Notes under the pieces: generated by a model
Databases searched by the model: none
Seen by the model: only the letters and a program-made list of their open reading frames with translations
Told to the model about the DNA's origin: nothing
Shown here: piece by piece, positions 1-8,424 of the stretch
Layout: each line of letters opens with the position of its first letter
Position numbering within the stretch: position 1 is the first letter of the stretch
Source: Mycobacterium leprae TN
GTDB taxonomy: Bacteria; Actinomycetota; Actinomycetes; Mycobacteriales; Mycobacteriaceae
Length of the DNA stretch: 32,000 nt
Direction of reading: 5' to 3'
Assembly: GCF_000195855.1 (NCBI RefSeq)
Contig: NC_002677.1
Location: 90,001-122,000, forward strand
Program-made: the position numbers and the translations under genes

Positions 1-336
1 GCGGGTGGCTATGGCTGCGCGATATATCAACGGCACCACGATTGGAGCCAGCAGCCGAGACACCGTCAGCACCCGGCGGATCCTAGTTGGCGATAGCAAC
101 TTGCCTTCCTTGGCTGCCTTGAGCTCTGTCTCGGCGACTTTTAGCGCTACGCGGTCGCTGTTTCGTTTAGCTTTTAATTGGGCTTTGAGGGCCTTGTTGG
201 TGGCGCGCTGAGCGCTGTTCAGACGGCGAGCTTCGTTTTTGGCGGCCAGTCGGGCCTCAAGTTTGGCGCGGGCCTTAATTGCACGGGCTTCGGCGCGACG
301 CATCGCACGGCTCCTTCGCTTGTGGAACAGTCCCAT
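1..336 (-). CDS. Rv3850-like conserved hypothetical protein, N-terminal part (C-terminus runs off the left edge)
   Basis: Reverse strand is open from ATG at 336 to the edge: MGLFHKRRSRAMRRAEARAIKARAKLEARLAAKNEARRLNSAQRATNKALKAQLKAKRNSDRVALKVAETELKAAKEGKLLSPTRIRRVLTVSRLLAPIVVPLIYRAAIATR. It lies next to espR as in M. tuberculosis. It is absent from the ORF track only because it is open at the edge. Confidence 0.8.
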   Translation of the reverse strand, partial: MGLFHKRRSRAMRRAEARAIKARAKLEARLAAKNEARRLNSAQRATNKALKAQLKAKRNSDRVALKVAETELKAAKEGKLLSPTRIRRVLTVSRLLAPIVVPLIYRAAIATR

Positions 337-520
337 TCCCGCATCGCCTCTCCGGTATACTTGTGAACTATCGCTGTGCGTGTGCGCGATCGGTAGCCAA
401 TTCTAATCGGAATGAGTCGGTGTCAGGCTGCCCTGTCGCGCTGGAACGAAGGACAGCAAGTAAGAACAGGCCGTTAGGTGAGCTACCGGAGGCGAGTGCT
501 GCGCCGTCTGCCAAGGTGAC

Positions 521-919
521 CTACACGTCAAGATGCTCCGCACGCCGTAGTTCGTCGACTCGATCCACGATGTCCTGCTGAGCTTGGGCAGACAACCCGA
601 TGGTCCGCATCGCGATCCGGCGCACGCCTTCATCACGCATGGTGGCCAGCCATGCCAATTCTTGATCGAGTTTTTCGTAATACTCGTCGTTGGTGAAATA
701 GGCCGGTTTGATGCGGAAGAAGTTGGCAAGGGCGGATATCGTGGCTGACGAAGGGTTCGTGCGATTACCGGAGCGGAGCTGTGACAGGTAAGGAGCCGAC
801 ATGGTGATGCCCTCCGCCTTGAGCGCTGCGATTACCTCGGCAGAGGTGTGCGGCCCGCGCCCGGGTGGATACACCGTGTCGAACAGGCGGTTTAGGCGGG
901 CAGCGAATGTCGTGCTCAT
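521..919 (-). CDS. espR: EspR nucleoid-associated regulator of ESX-1/cell-wall genes (132 aa)
   Basis: MSTTFAARLNRLFDTVYPPGRGPHTSAEVIAALKAEGITMSAPYLSQLRSGNRTNPSSATISALANFFRIKPAYFTNDEYYEKLDQELAWLATMRDEGVRR... XRE-type HTH, near-identical to the remembered EspR. The ORF-track start at 1072 is extended; the true start is ATG at 919. Confidence 0.95.
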   Translation of the reverse strand: MSTTFAARLNRLFDTVYPPGRGPHTSAEVIAALKAEGITMSAPYLSQLRSGNRTNPSSATISALANFFRIKPAYFTNDEYYEKLDQELAWLATMRDEGVRRIAMRTIGLSAQAQQDIVDRVDELRRAEHLDV

Positions 920-1099
920 CGATATGACCTCCAACGAGCTGAAAGAACGACCGGTTGTCAATAAGTATAAGTGCAAACCCAAATAGATTCTGTAATGGTG
1001 TTTCAAGTGGGCAGTGACACAATCCCTGCAGAGCAAGCAACTGAGACGTTGAGATGTCTGCAAGGTGAACAAAATTCACAGGTTATCTGCAGAAACTAC

Positions 1100-1850
1100 C
1101 TCGAGAACTTGAGTGACATTTACTTTTCTTCTTGCTCGATGTGGGCTCTGGGCAGATCGTGGGGGTGAATATGCCTGACACCGGGTAACTAGTAGACAAC
1201 GGGAGTTTGCTATAATTACCTTTTCTGCCCAGACTCTGTCAGTCGGCTTTGAACGGCCCGGAGGCTGGGCTTAGTGGGACTTTGCCGCCGCTGCGTTACT
1301 CCCTGTGGGGACTGTTAGGCACAGCCTGGTGATCGGCTCGCGTGCTGGACGGTATATCCAGACGGCGCCCGGTGGTCTCCCAGCGATTGTTGCTCTTGTT
1401 TGTCGCCAGCGCAGAGTGTGCGACATACCTACATTTGCCTGTTGCCAGCGCTAAAGCCGCGTTAACGCCGATCACCACCGGGCCGCCACCCACAGCGTGC
1501 TGTCCAGCAGCCACAAGCCGTACGCTAGGAACTAGCAGGTTCGTCACCCCGGTCAGCATCACCCACCATTAGTAGCGCATCGCGCAAATCATGGTGATTA
1601 GCTTAGACCTGTCACTGAATTCGACGAGGAAAACTACCCCCGAGCCTTAACAGCGTTCCGGCGAGCATGAAACACGGCTTTTCGGCACGTCTTAAACAAC
1701 CATGTTAATCATCGAACATCGTTTGAAGGTCTCGTGCATCGGATTTACCGGTTCACCGGAAGGGCTGTTTGTCGGTATGTCGACTCGACGATTGGGCTAC
1801 TCTTTTCTTCGCTAACACCCCGAGGCTAGTGGGCAAATCCGGTGGGCGCT
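1100..1850. pseudogene. Possible decayed remnant at the Rv3848 position
   Basis: No intact ORF between espR and the Rv3847-like gene, only short ORFs (for example 1296-1562 on the minus strand). Assignment rests on synteny alone. Confidence 0.25.
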
Positions 1851-1912
1851 AGGAAGGCGGTGGAGTTCGGGCCCCCGCGATTCAGTGCCCGAACCATTTC
1901 GTCTAAATGTCT

Positions 1913-2446
1913 TTATGCGGCAAGCAACATTGCCAGAATTGCGGTATCGGGATGGCTGATTGGATCGACACCGACGCGGCTCACCATAGAGGTGATGGTG
2001 CCGTCAGCTTCTGCCTCCACCCAAGCCGCTCGGTGCTCCAATCCCAAATACGGCAAGCCCGGCAGCAGCACACATCCCGACGCTGCCCCTGTGCATTCCG
2101 GCAATGATGGCATTGTTTCTGAGGGCGGATGCAGCATCAGCAATGCGGGTGGCTGGTGATCTGCGAAATATCCTGGCTGGATAGCTGATTCACCGAAGAC
2201 TGTGCCTTCGGCCAGCACCAGGCCGACGGTGCCCGGTTCGGGTTCGTCAGGCAACTCCTCGCGTGCGCCGAAGACGGTTGTGGTGGACAGTAGTCCCGGT
2301 AGTGAAGCGATCCGCACTGCAACCATCAATAACTGGGCCCACTCTTTCGTCGAATCAGGCCATCGCCCCGATATCACAAACCCTTTCAAGGCACCACGAG
2401 CATGGAAAGGGACAACTCCGATAGGCAGACCTGACCCAGTTTCCAT
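1913..2446 (-). CDS. Rv3847-like conserved hypothetical protein (177 aa)
   Basis: Intact 177-aa ORF METGSGLPIGVVPFHARGALKGFVISGRWPDSTKEWAQLLMVAVRIASLPGLLSTTTVFGAREELPDEPEPG..., directly downstream of sodA. Length and position match Rv3847. Confidence 0.85.
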   Translation of the reverse strand: METGSGLPIGVVPFHARGALKGFVISGRWPDSTKEWAQLLMVAVRIASLPGLLSTTTVFGAREELPDEPEPGTVGLVLAEGTVFGESAIQPGYFADHQPPALLMLHPPSETMPSLPECTGAASGCVLLPGLPYLGLEHRAAWVEAEADGTITSMVSRVGVDPISHPDTAILAMLLAA

Positions 2447-2600
2447 CTCGCCCTCCGCTGGACCTTCTCAATCCTCCGTCCGAGTAACCACACTGGCTCG
2501 AATAATTCAGCATGCCTTCGGTCCCAGAGGCGTGCAACTCGACACGACCACCTGTGCCCGCGTTTACCAAGTACCCGAATTAAAGGGCCGCTAAAAGCAA

Positions 2601-2627
2601 GGGCGTCGCGCGAATCGCGCGACGCCC
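2601..2627 (-). terminator. Intrinsic-type terminator hairpin downstream of sodA
   Basis: GGGCGTCGCGCG-aat-CGCGCGACGCCC is a perfect 12-bp stem with a 3-nt loop, 20 nt past the sodA stop. On the minus strand it is followed by TTGCTTTT. Confidence 0.8.
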
Positions 2628-2646
2628 AAACCTGACTAAGATGGAA

Positions 2647-3270
2647 TCAGTCGAATATCAGTCCCTGCGTCTTAGATGTTGCAGCCATGTAACGTGACTG
2701 CACATCCGCCCAGTTTACGACATTCCAAAACGCTTTGACGTAATCCGCCTTGACGTTTTTGTATTGCAGGTAAAAAGCATGTTCCCACATGTCGACCTGC
2801 AACAAGGGAATGATGCCGAGTGAGACGTTGGCCTGTTGGTCATACAGCTGGAATGTAAGCAGCTTGTTGCCGAGCGTGTCGTAGCCGAGTACTGCCCAAC
2901 CTGACCCTTGCAGGCCATTGGCGGCCGCGCTGAATTGAGCGCGGAATTTGTCGAACGACCCAAACGTTTCATCAATGTCAGTGGCTAGCCCGCCGGTCGG
3001 CTTATCGCCACCGTTCGGAGAGAGGTTCTTCCACCAGATGGAGTGGTTGACGTGGCCGCCCAAATGAAAGGCCAGGTTCTTCTCGTTCAGAAAAATCGCG
3101 GAGTGGTCGTCTTTGGCGCGTGCCTCGTCAAGTTTGGCAAGCGCGTCATTGACACCTTTGACATATGCGGCGTGGTGCTTGGTGTGGTGGATCTCGTTGA
3201 TCTCACCAGAGATATGTGGTTCCAGCGCTGCGTAGTCCCAGTCCAAATCGGGCAGGGTGTATTCAGCCAC
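2647..3270 (-). CDS. sodA: Superoxide dismutase, Fe/Mn family (207 aa)
   Basis: [44 protein letters not shown]...[17 protein letters not shown]...[29 protein letters not shown]. Carries the Fe/Mn-SOD signature [11 protein letters not shown] start with AAGGAAGGA upstream. Confidence 0.98.
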   Translation of the reverse strand: MAEYTLPDLDWDYAALEPHISGEINEIHHTKHHAAYVKGVNDALAKLDEARAKDDHSAIFLNEKNLAFHLGGHVNHSIWWKNLSPNGGDKPTGGLATDIDETFGSFDKFRAQFSAAANGLQGSGWAVLGYDTLGNKLLTFQLYDQQANVSLGIIPLLQVDMWEHAFYLQYKNVKADYVKAFWNVVNWADVQSRYMAATSKTQGLIFD

Positions 3271-4091
3271 GACGTTCCTTCCTTTGATTGATTGGTGATC
3301 GTCTGACGCTCACTCGCACGGTTGATCCGCGCAGCGACTAGCATAATCAACGCTGCGCCATGATCGCGCGCACCGCAAGAACTACTGCTGAGGGTAGATA
3401 CTTCGAATATCTGGTGGGGCAAATTCAAGACAAAACGATGAGGGCGAGAACTGCCAGCAGTGCCAGGGCAATGAGCCCTGCTCGTAGTGCAGCGACGCTG
3501 TAGGAGTGGTTCCACGCAGGCGAGCCAGAATAAGAATTCGACGGGGCCGTCGAACCCGGACCGAAAGAGGATATGGCCATCAGACGCCCTTCGTTAGCAC
3601 ACTCACCACTGCACAGTGAGATGGGTCACAACTAACTGTGATGATCGCGATCATAATGCCTTGGGCACGGCTTGAAAAATCAGCCCAGACACCGATGCAC
3701 TGTGAGATAATGGATCCGCGGATTTTCGGTGGACCTAGGCGCGGTCGGCAGTTATGTGGCGTGCGCCTCATCGGGTAATCGATGCCGTGTCGGTGGGCGG
3801 CTAGTGCGGCAAGCCCTTTTGCTCGCGTACCGGTTGGGCTGTTAATTGGCGTGGCCCGAGGACGAGCAGTGCACGTCCCATGCCGGTTAGTCTGCTGTCC
3901 AGCGCGGTTTCTATTGTGGATAATCTGCGGAAAATCTGGCTAGCCGTGGCCAACTGTGCTGTGTTGCTGCATTACCGGAAGCACATTTCAATGCCGTCAC
4001 GGTTATGCCTACTCGGCGCGGGCTGGGCTGGATCTTTTTGCTCTTTAACTTAACGAGCTTGACCCGCGTCGATTTCCAGTAGACTGGTCCG

Positions 4092-5126
4092 GTGATTCAG
4101 GTGTGTTCCCAATGCGGCACTCGATGGAACGTTCGCGAACGGCGACGCGAATGGTGTCTCCGGTGTCGCGGGGCCCTGATTGCGCCCCAGGCGGAGATGC
4201 CTACGGCTGTAAAGCAGTGGAGTTCGCATGTTGGTCTCCCGGCGGGTATTGTGCCGGAGGCTCTCGGGTGGCAGCGCACTCCGCCGGGCTTTCGGTGGAT
4301 AGCGGTGCGCCCCGGTGCGGCACCGCCGAACCGACGTCGGCAGCGGCACCATGTCCCGACCCCGCGTTACGCCGTGATGCCGCGTTGGGGCCTTGCGGAC
4401 CGCGTCGACCAGGACTCCACGTGGATACAAGCACCCCTGAAACCGGGGCCGTCGTCAGCGAAGGTGCGCACCACCCTGTTTGTGGCTGTGCTGGTATTTA
4501 CTCTTGCAGCATTGGTGTACGTCGTGCGGTATGTGCTGCTGGTTATCAACCGGAATACGTTGCTGAACTTTGGGGTGGCGGCCATCGCTGATTGGCTTGG
4601 GGTGATCGCCAGTTTGGCCGCGATCGCCGCGACGCTGGCGTGTGTTATGGCATTGAGCCGTTGGCTGATCGCGCGACGGGCTGCCGCATACGCACACCAT
4701 GCCGTACCAGAGCAGCGTTCTAGCTGGGAGTTGAGGGCGGGGTGTCTGCTGCCGCTGGTCAATCTGCTGTGGGCTCCGGTGTACGTCATCGAACTGGCAC
4801 TGATGGAAAATCACTACACCCAGCTGCAGAAGCCTATCTTCATGTGGTGGATCGTTTGGGTTTTCAGCTACGTGATTTCGGTCGTTGCTGTTGTTACAAG
4901 CTGGGCTAAAGATGCTCAGGGCATCGCCAATAACACAGTTGCGATGGTGTTTGCGTATCTGTTTGCTGCAGCTGCGGTGGCCGCCGTTGCCCGGGTCTTT
5001 GAGGGGTTCGAGTGCAAATCAATCAAGCGTCCCGTACATCGCTGGGTGGTGGTACACTTAGGTGGCTCTGTTGTGCACCCATCCCCAGGCTCAGTTGAGT
5101 TGGAAGGGCAGGAACCGGCAGCATAG
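4092..5126 (+). CDS. Rv3843c-like membrane protein with N-terminal zinc ribbon and C-terminal transmembrane region (DUF4328-like)
   Basis: GTG-initiated 344-aa ORF. The N-terminus VCSQCGTRW...EWCLRCRG has two CxxC knuckles. Several hydrophobic helices follow (TTLFVAVLVFTLAALVYVVRYVLLVI, WWIVWVFSYVISVVAVV, AMVFAYLFAAAAVAAVA). Immediately upstream of glpQ1. Confidence 0.85.
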   Translation: MIQVCSQCGTRWNVRERRREWCLRCRGALIAPQAEMPTAVKQWSSHVGLPAGIVPEALGWQRTPPGFRWIAVRPGAAPPNRRRQRHHVPTPRYAVMPRWGLADRVDQDSTWIQAPLKPGPSSAKVRTTLFVAVLVFTLAALVYVVRYVLLVINRNTLLNFGVAAIADWLGVIASLAAIAATLACVMALSRWLIARRAAAYAHHAVPEQRSSWELRAGCLLPLVNLLWAPVYVIELALMENHYTQLQKPIFMWWIVWVFSYVISVVAVVTSWAKDAQGIANNTVAMVFAYLFAAAAVAAVARVFEGFECKSIKRPVHRWVVVHLGGSVVHPSPGSVELEGQEPAA

Positions 5127-5947
5127 TGGTCATGATGTTGGCCGATGAGGTGTTCGCCGGGCATCCATTTGTAGTTGCTCACCGCGGTGCGTCGGCTGTT
5201 CTCCCGGAACATACCCTGGCTGCCTATGAGCTCGCGCTCAAAGAGGGCGCCGATGGTGTAGAGTGCGATGTGCGGCTGACTCGTGACGGCCATATGGTTT
5301 GTGTGCATGACCGCCGCCTGGACCGAACCTCGACGGGTGTCGGTTTGGTCAGCACGATGACGCTAGCCCAGTTGCGCGCGCTGGAGTACGGTGCGTGGCA
5401 CAACAGCTGGCGTCCGGATGGTACGCACGGTGATACCGGTCTTCTGACCCTAGATGCCCTTGTTTCATTGGTTCTGGACTGGCACCGACCGGTGAAGATC
5501 TTTGTCGAAACCAAGCACCCAGTCCGTTATGGCGCGCTGGTGGAAAGCAAGTTGCTTGCACTCCTGCACCGCTTCGGTATCGCCGCGCCTGCATCCGCTG
5601 ACCGATCTCGGGCTGTCGTGATGTCGTTTTCGGCGGCTGCGGTCTGGCGGGTTCGGCGAGCCGCACCACTGCTACCTACGGTTCTGCTCGGCAGAGCCGG
5701 CCGTTACCTGACCAGCAGCGCGGCTACTGCCGTCGGGGCTACTGCCGTCGGGCCCTCGCTGCCGGCGTTGAAGGAGTATCCGAAACTCGTGGACCGCGCT
5801 GGCGCCCAAGGCCGGGCGGTGTATTGTTGGAATGTCGATGATTACGACGACATCGATTTCTGTCGCGATATCGGTGTCGCCTGGATTGCCACCCGCCACC
5901 CAGGTCGCACAAAGGCGTGGTTGCAGAATAATGGGCGCACCGAGTAG
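5126..5947 (+). CDS. glpQ1: Glycerophosphodiester phosphodiesterase (273 aa)
   Basis: FVVAHRGASAVLPEHTLAAYELALKEGADGVECDVRLTRDGHMVCVHDRRLDRTSTG, the canonical GDPD motif. Starts at GTG 5126 overlapping the upstream stop, or alternatively at ATG 5132. Confidence 0.95.
   Translation: MVMMLADEVFAGHPFVVAHRGASAVLPEHTLAAYELALKEGADGVECDVRLTRDGHMVCVHDRRLDRTSTGVGLVSTMTLAQLRALEYGAWHNSWRPDGTHGDTGLLTLDALVSLVLDWHRPVKIFVETKHPVRYGALVESKLLALLHRFGIAAPASADRSRAVVMSFSAAAVWRVRRAAPLLPTVLLGRAGRYLTSSAATAVGATAVGPSLPALKEYPKLVDRAGAQGRAVYCWNVDDYDDIDFCRDIGVAWIATRHPGRTKAWLQNNGRTE
5722..5751 (+). repeat. In-frame 15-bp perfect tandem duplication inside glpQ1
   Basis: GGCTACTGCCGTCGG at 5722-5736 and again at 5737-5751; encodes ...ATAVGATAVG.... 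Confidence 0.95.
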
Positions 5948-5954
5948 TTCGGCG

Positions 5955-6418
5955 ACGGGTGGGCACCGGTGGCGTTAGTTGCGCCTAAGCCGGCTGGCGC
6001 CGAGCCCGCATCGCGGGCAACGAAGTTCTCGTAGTCGAATCAGATTTGGCCCCAGAGCGATCGGCGATCCGTACCAGGGTGGTCTATTAGGGGGGCTCTA
6101 TCGATCTGCTCTTGAAGGAACCGCTGCATAAACTGCTTGCTCGGGTAGTCGGCCTCGTCGCGCGCCATGGCAGCGAGCCGGATCACCTACTCGGTGACAG
6201 CGCGTTTTTGCTCTAGTGCCTGAGCTAACACATCGCACGGTTTGTCGAATCGATTGTGGCACCGTGTCCACCCCGGGGATCTTGACGTGGACGACACTGT
6301 TGAGCAGGTGCTGCACCAGTGTCATCGCGTGATTGCGTTACCAGACCGCTTAGCTGTAAAAGTGTTTCGTTAATTGCCGAAATGCGGCGCCATAGAAATG
6401 AACTCCGATCTCCAGATA
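5955..6418 (-). pseudogene. bfrB: Ferritin BfrB pseudogene
   Basis: Hand-joined minus-strand reading: YLEIGVHFYGAAFRQLTKHFYS*AVW*RNHAMTLVQHLLNSVVHVKIPGVDTV[fs]HNRFDKPCDVLAQALEQKRAVTE*VIRLAAMARDEADYPSKQFMQRFLQEQI...FDYENFVARDAGSAPA. It aligns with M. tuberculosis BfrB (YVAIAVYFDSEDLPQLAKHFYSQAVEERNHAMMLVQHLLDRDLRVEIPGVDTV...). In-frame stops at 6350-6352, 6338-6340 and 6187-6189. Confidence 0.92.
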
Positions 6419-6420
6419 TC

Positions 6421-6660
6421 GCTAAATTCAGGTAAATTTTTACAAATATGTTCTTGAAGTAATCCACATAAATTTTAATAAATTGCCTATAATAGTATAT
6501 TATAACGAAATGATAAAGCGTGTATTGTATAGCATACAAAGAAGATGTCACTTACTTGGGAAATTTTTTCCTAACCATGATTAACCTCTCTCCAATGTTT
6601 CCAATTAAAGTTTGTTCTAAGTAAACCCATATTACGTTTAAATATGCGAATTTATTGGGC
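6421..6660. other. AT-rich island (about 28% G+C)
   Basis: Hand count of 67 G/C in 240 nt, against a clearly GC-rich surrounding sequence. Confidence 0.9.
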
Positions 6661-6704
6661 CGGGTATTGATGTGGTGACCGGAATCGGGGTGGGTAGTCG
6701 GCCG

Positions 6705-7620
6705 CTACTGGGGCCTGTAGATGGCGTGCTCTGGTACTGGGGCATCAGAAGCCAGCACGTCGAACAATTCACGGGCCGCGTCATGGTTCCACACCACCAC
6801 CGAGCTGGCCTCGTTGGTGGTTAACTCAACCAATAGGCACGCTCAGCCTGGTAGAGGATCCGCGCAGTGCCCAGCAGAGTTGGGCCAGATCCCACATGTG
6901 ATCGCTCTGGTCCAAGGTGAGCGCGTTGGCAGCAACTTGTGGCACTGAGTACCAGTGCCACGGGTTGAGCCACACCACCGGTCTGGTGGCACGGTACAGC
7001 AGCGCTGACATGAACTTGTTGGTTGACCATCCGGGCCAGGTCTGCCCGCGGTGTAGGCCGAGTTCTTACGAAGCCTAGCGCATGACGGCCGTCCAACTGC
7101 TGGCAGCCAGCTGGCAGGTCGAGACCGATGGCCTGCTCCAGCGTTTGAGTGAGGAGAAGTCCGCCGCCTAGCGCAAATGCGGCGTTGATTTTGTCGTAAC
7201 CGTGACCTGGGATCGACACATACGAGTCGCGCGGTATCGACACCATCGTCACTCGCTTGCTCGAGCTTAGCCCCCGCACGTGTACTAACAGAATCGTGTA
7301 GGTGCGGTCGCTGCCAATGTCGCCGTCGGTGGTCAGATCTTGCTGTTGCTCGGCGGTCAGGCCTTGGCGGCTATCCGAACCGACGAGCAGCTAGTTGGTT
7401 CTGCGGCCGGCGACTGCCTGGTTGGGGTAATCTGCCAGTGTCGGCTCACGGTGCAGTGACGTATCAAACCCAAGAGCTCCGGCGACAACGCCGCCCGAGA
7501 CGAACAACGGACCGATCAGCGGCATGAGCGTGAGGAGCCGGCCCCAGCGGCGTATGCGGCATGTTTTCGGGGAGGACAGCCGTGGCCGGGTGTGTCGCCA
7601 GCTCTGATCGACTCGACGGT
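6705..7620 (-). pseudogene. LytR-CpsA-Psr (LCP) family protein pseudogene (Rv3840 position)
   Basis: Minus-strand fragments: RRWGRLLTLMPLIGPLFVSGGVVAGALGFDTSLHREPTLADYPNQAVAGRRTN*LLVGSDSRQGLTAEQQQDLTTDGDIGSDRTYTILLVHV...KRVTMVSIPRDSYVSIPGHGYDKINAAFALGG...TLEQAIGL/DLPAGCQQLDGRHALGFVRTRPTPRADLARMV...MSALLYRATRPVVWLNPWHWYSVPQ...ASSVVVWNHDAARELFDVLASDAPVPEHAIYRPQ*. In-frame TAG at 7391-7393, plus frameshifts and an internal deletion. Confidence 0.9.
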
Positions 7621-7828
7621 TGGCGGGGCTGGCGCAGCGGCTTGGTCCCGCCGGTGAACCGGTTTCGCGGCGATTTAACTGTGAGGGCTCCGGTCAGGCT
7701 TCCGGCGACGGGATCGGTCTTCGATGCCGTCGAAGATCTGGTGATCGGTTGCCGTTCATCTGGATAATTTACGTGGTTTTGGACTTACCATTCGGCCAAG
7801 CGGCTTACAAATTTGGTCGAGCGCCAGG

Positions 7829-8330
7829 TTACTGTTGGCTCTGTAGCCCGTTATGAGACGGGCAACCCAGTAGCACCCGGATGGCCTGGTTCAGCCCCGT
7901 CATGTCGTCGACTGGCTTATGGAAAGGCAGCCGGATCTCGTGGCCCACCGTCGTTACCTTATACGCGGAATCGCATGCCGTAACGGCCCAGGGACCAGTG
8001 GGCACAGCTGGCTGCGTCGCAGCAAGGCCATAAGCTTGGTCTATCAGTCGTGCGGCCACGTCGTTGTGAGCGGTTGCCAGGTGCCAGAGTAAGGATGATT
8101 CGATTTCGCAAAACGGATCGGTCGCGCTCATGCAGGCAGGAGGGCCTCGACACTAACGGGCTTGGCGTCGGTGGCGTTGGTGACCACCATGGCCGCGATC
8201 TCTAGCTGCATCAGCGTGTATCGAGCGTCCTACCCATCGTCACGATCGGATATCGGAGTGTCAACTTGCAGTAACGCTGGATTCGCATTCTTGGCGGTGA
8301 TCAAGTCGAATATCCTGTTCAAGGCGGTAG
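7829..8330 (-). pseudogene. Decayed DUF2470-like protein (Rv3839 position)
   Basis: Minus strand: EIAAMVVTNATDAKPVSVEALLPA / MSATDPFCEIESSLLWHLATAHNDVAARLIDQAYGLAATQPAVPTGPWAVTACDSAYKVTTVGHEIRLPFHKPVDDMTGLNQAIRVLLG. Resembles a DUF2470-type C-terminal module. Needs at least one frameshift near 8131. Confidence 0.55.
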
Positions 8331-8424
8331 ACGGGACATGCTGGTGTGCTCAGCGAACGCATCTACATCTTGCCGTCGCGCGTATTAAGTGAGAGTAGCT
8401 GGTCGATTCGGTGCCACTAGGGTT

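Noticed and set aside
5-366. Plus-strand ORFs of 68 and 62 aa
   Set aside because: They lie antisense to the clear Rv3850-like frame on the minus strand, which is open through the left edge.
403-729. 108-aa minus-strand ORF overlapping the end of espR
   Set aside because: Shadow frame within and past espR; no recognisable features.
2202-2594. 130-aa plus-strand ORF
   Set aside because: Antisense to the conserved Rv3847-like frame; typical GC-rich shadow ORF.
3087-3515. 142-aa minus-strand ORF
   Set aside because: Alternate frame overlapping the sodA 5' end and its upstream spacer.
4050-4591. ORFs of 126 and 162 aa overlapping the Rv3843c-like gene
   Set aside because: The 344-aa frame carries the CxxC ribbon and transmembrane helices, so the others are frame shadows.
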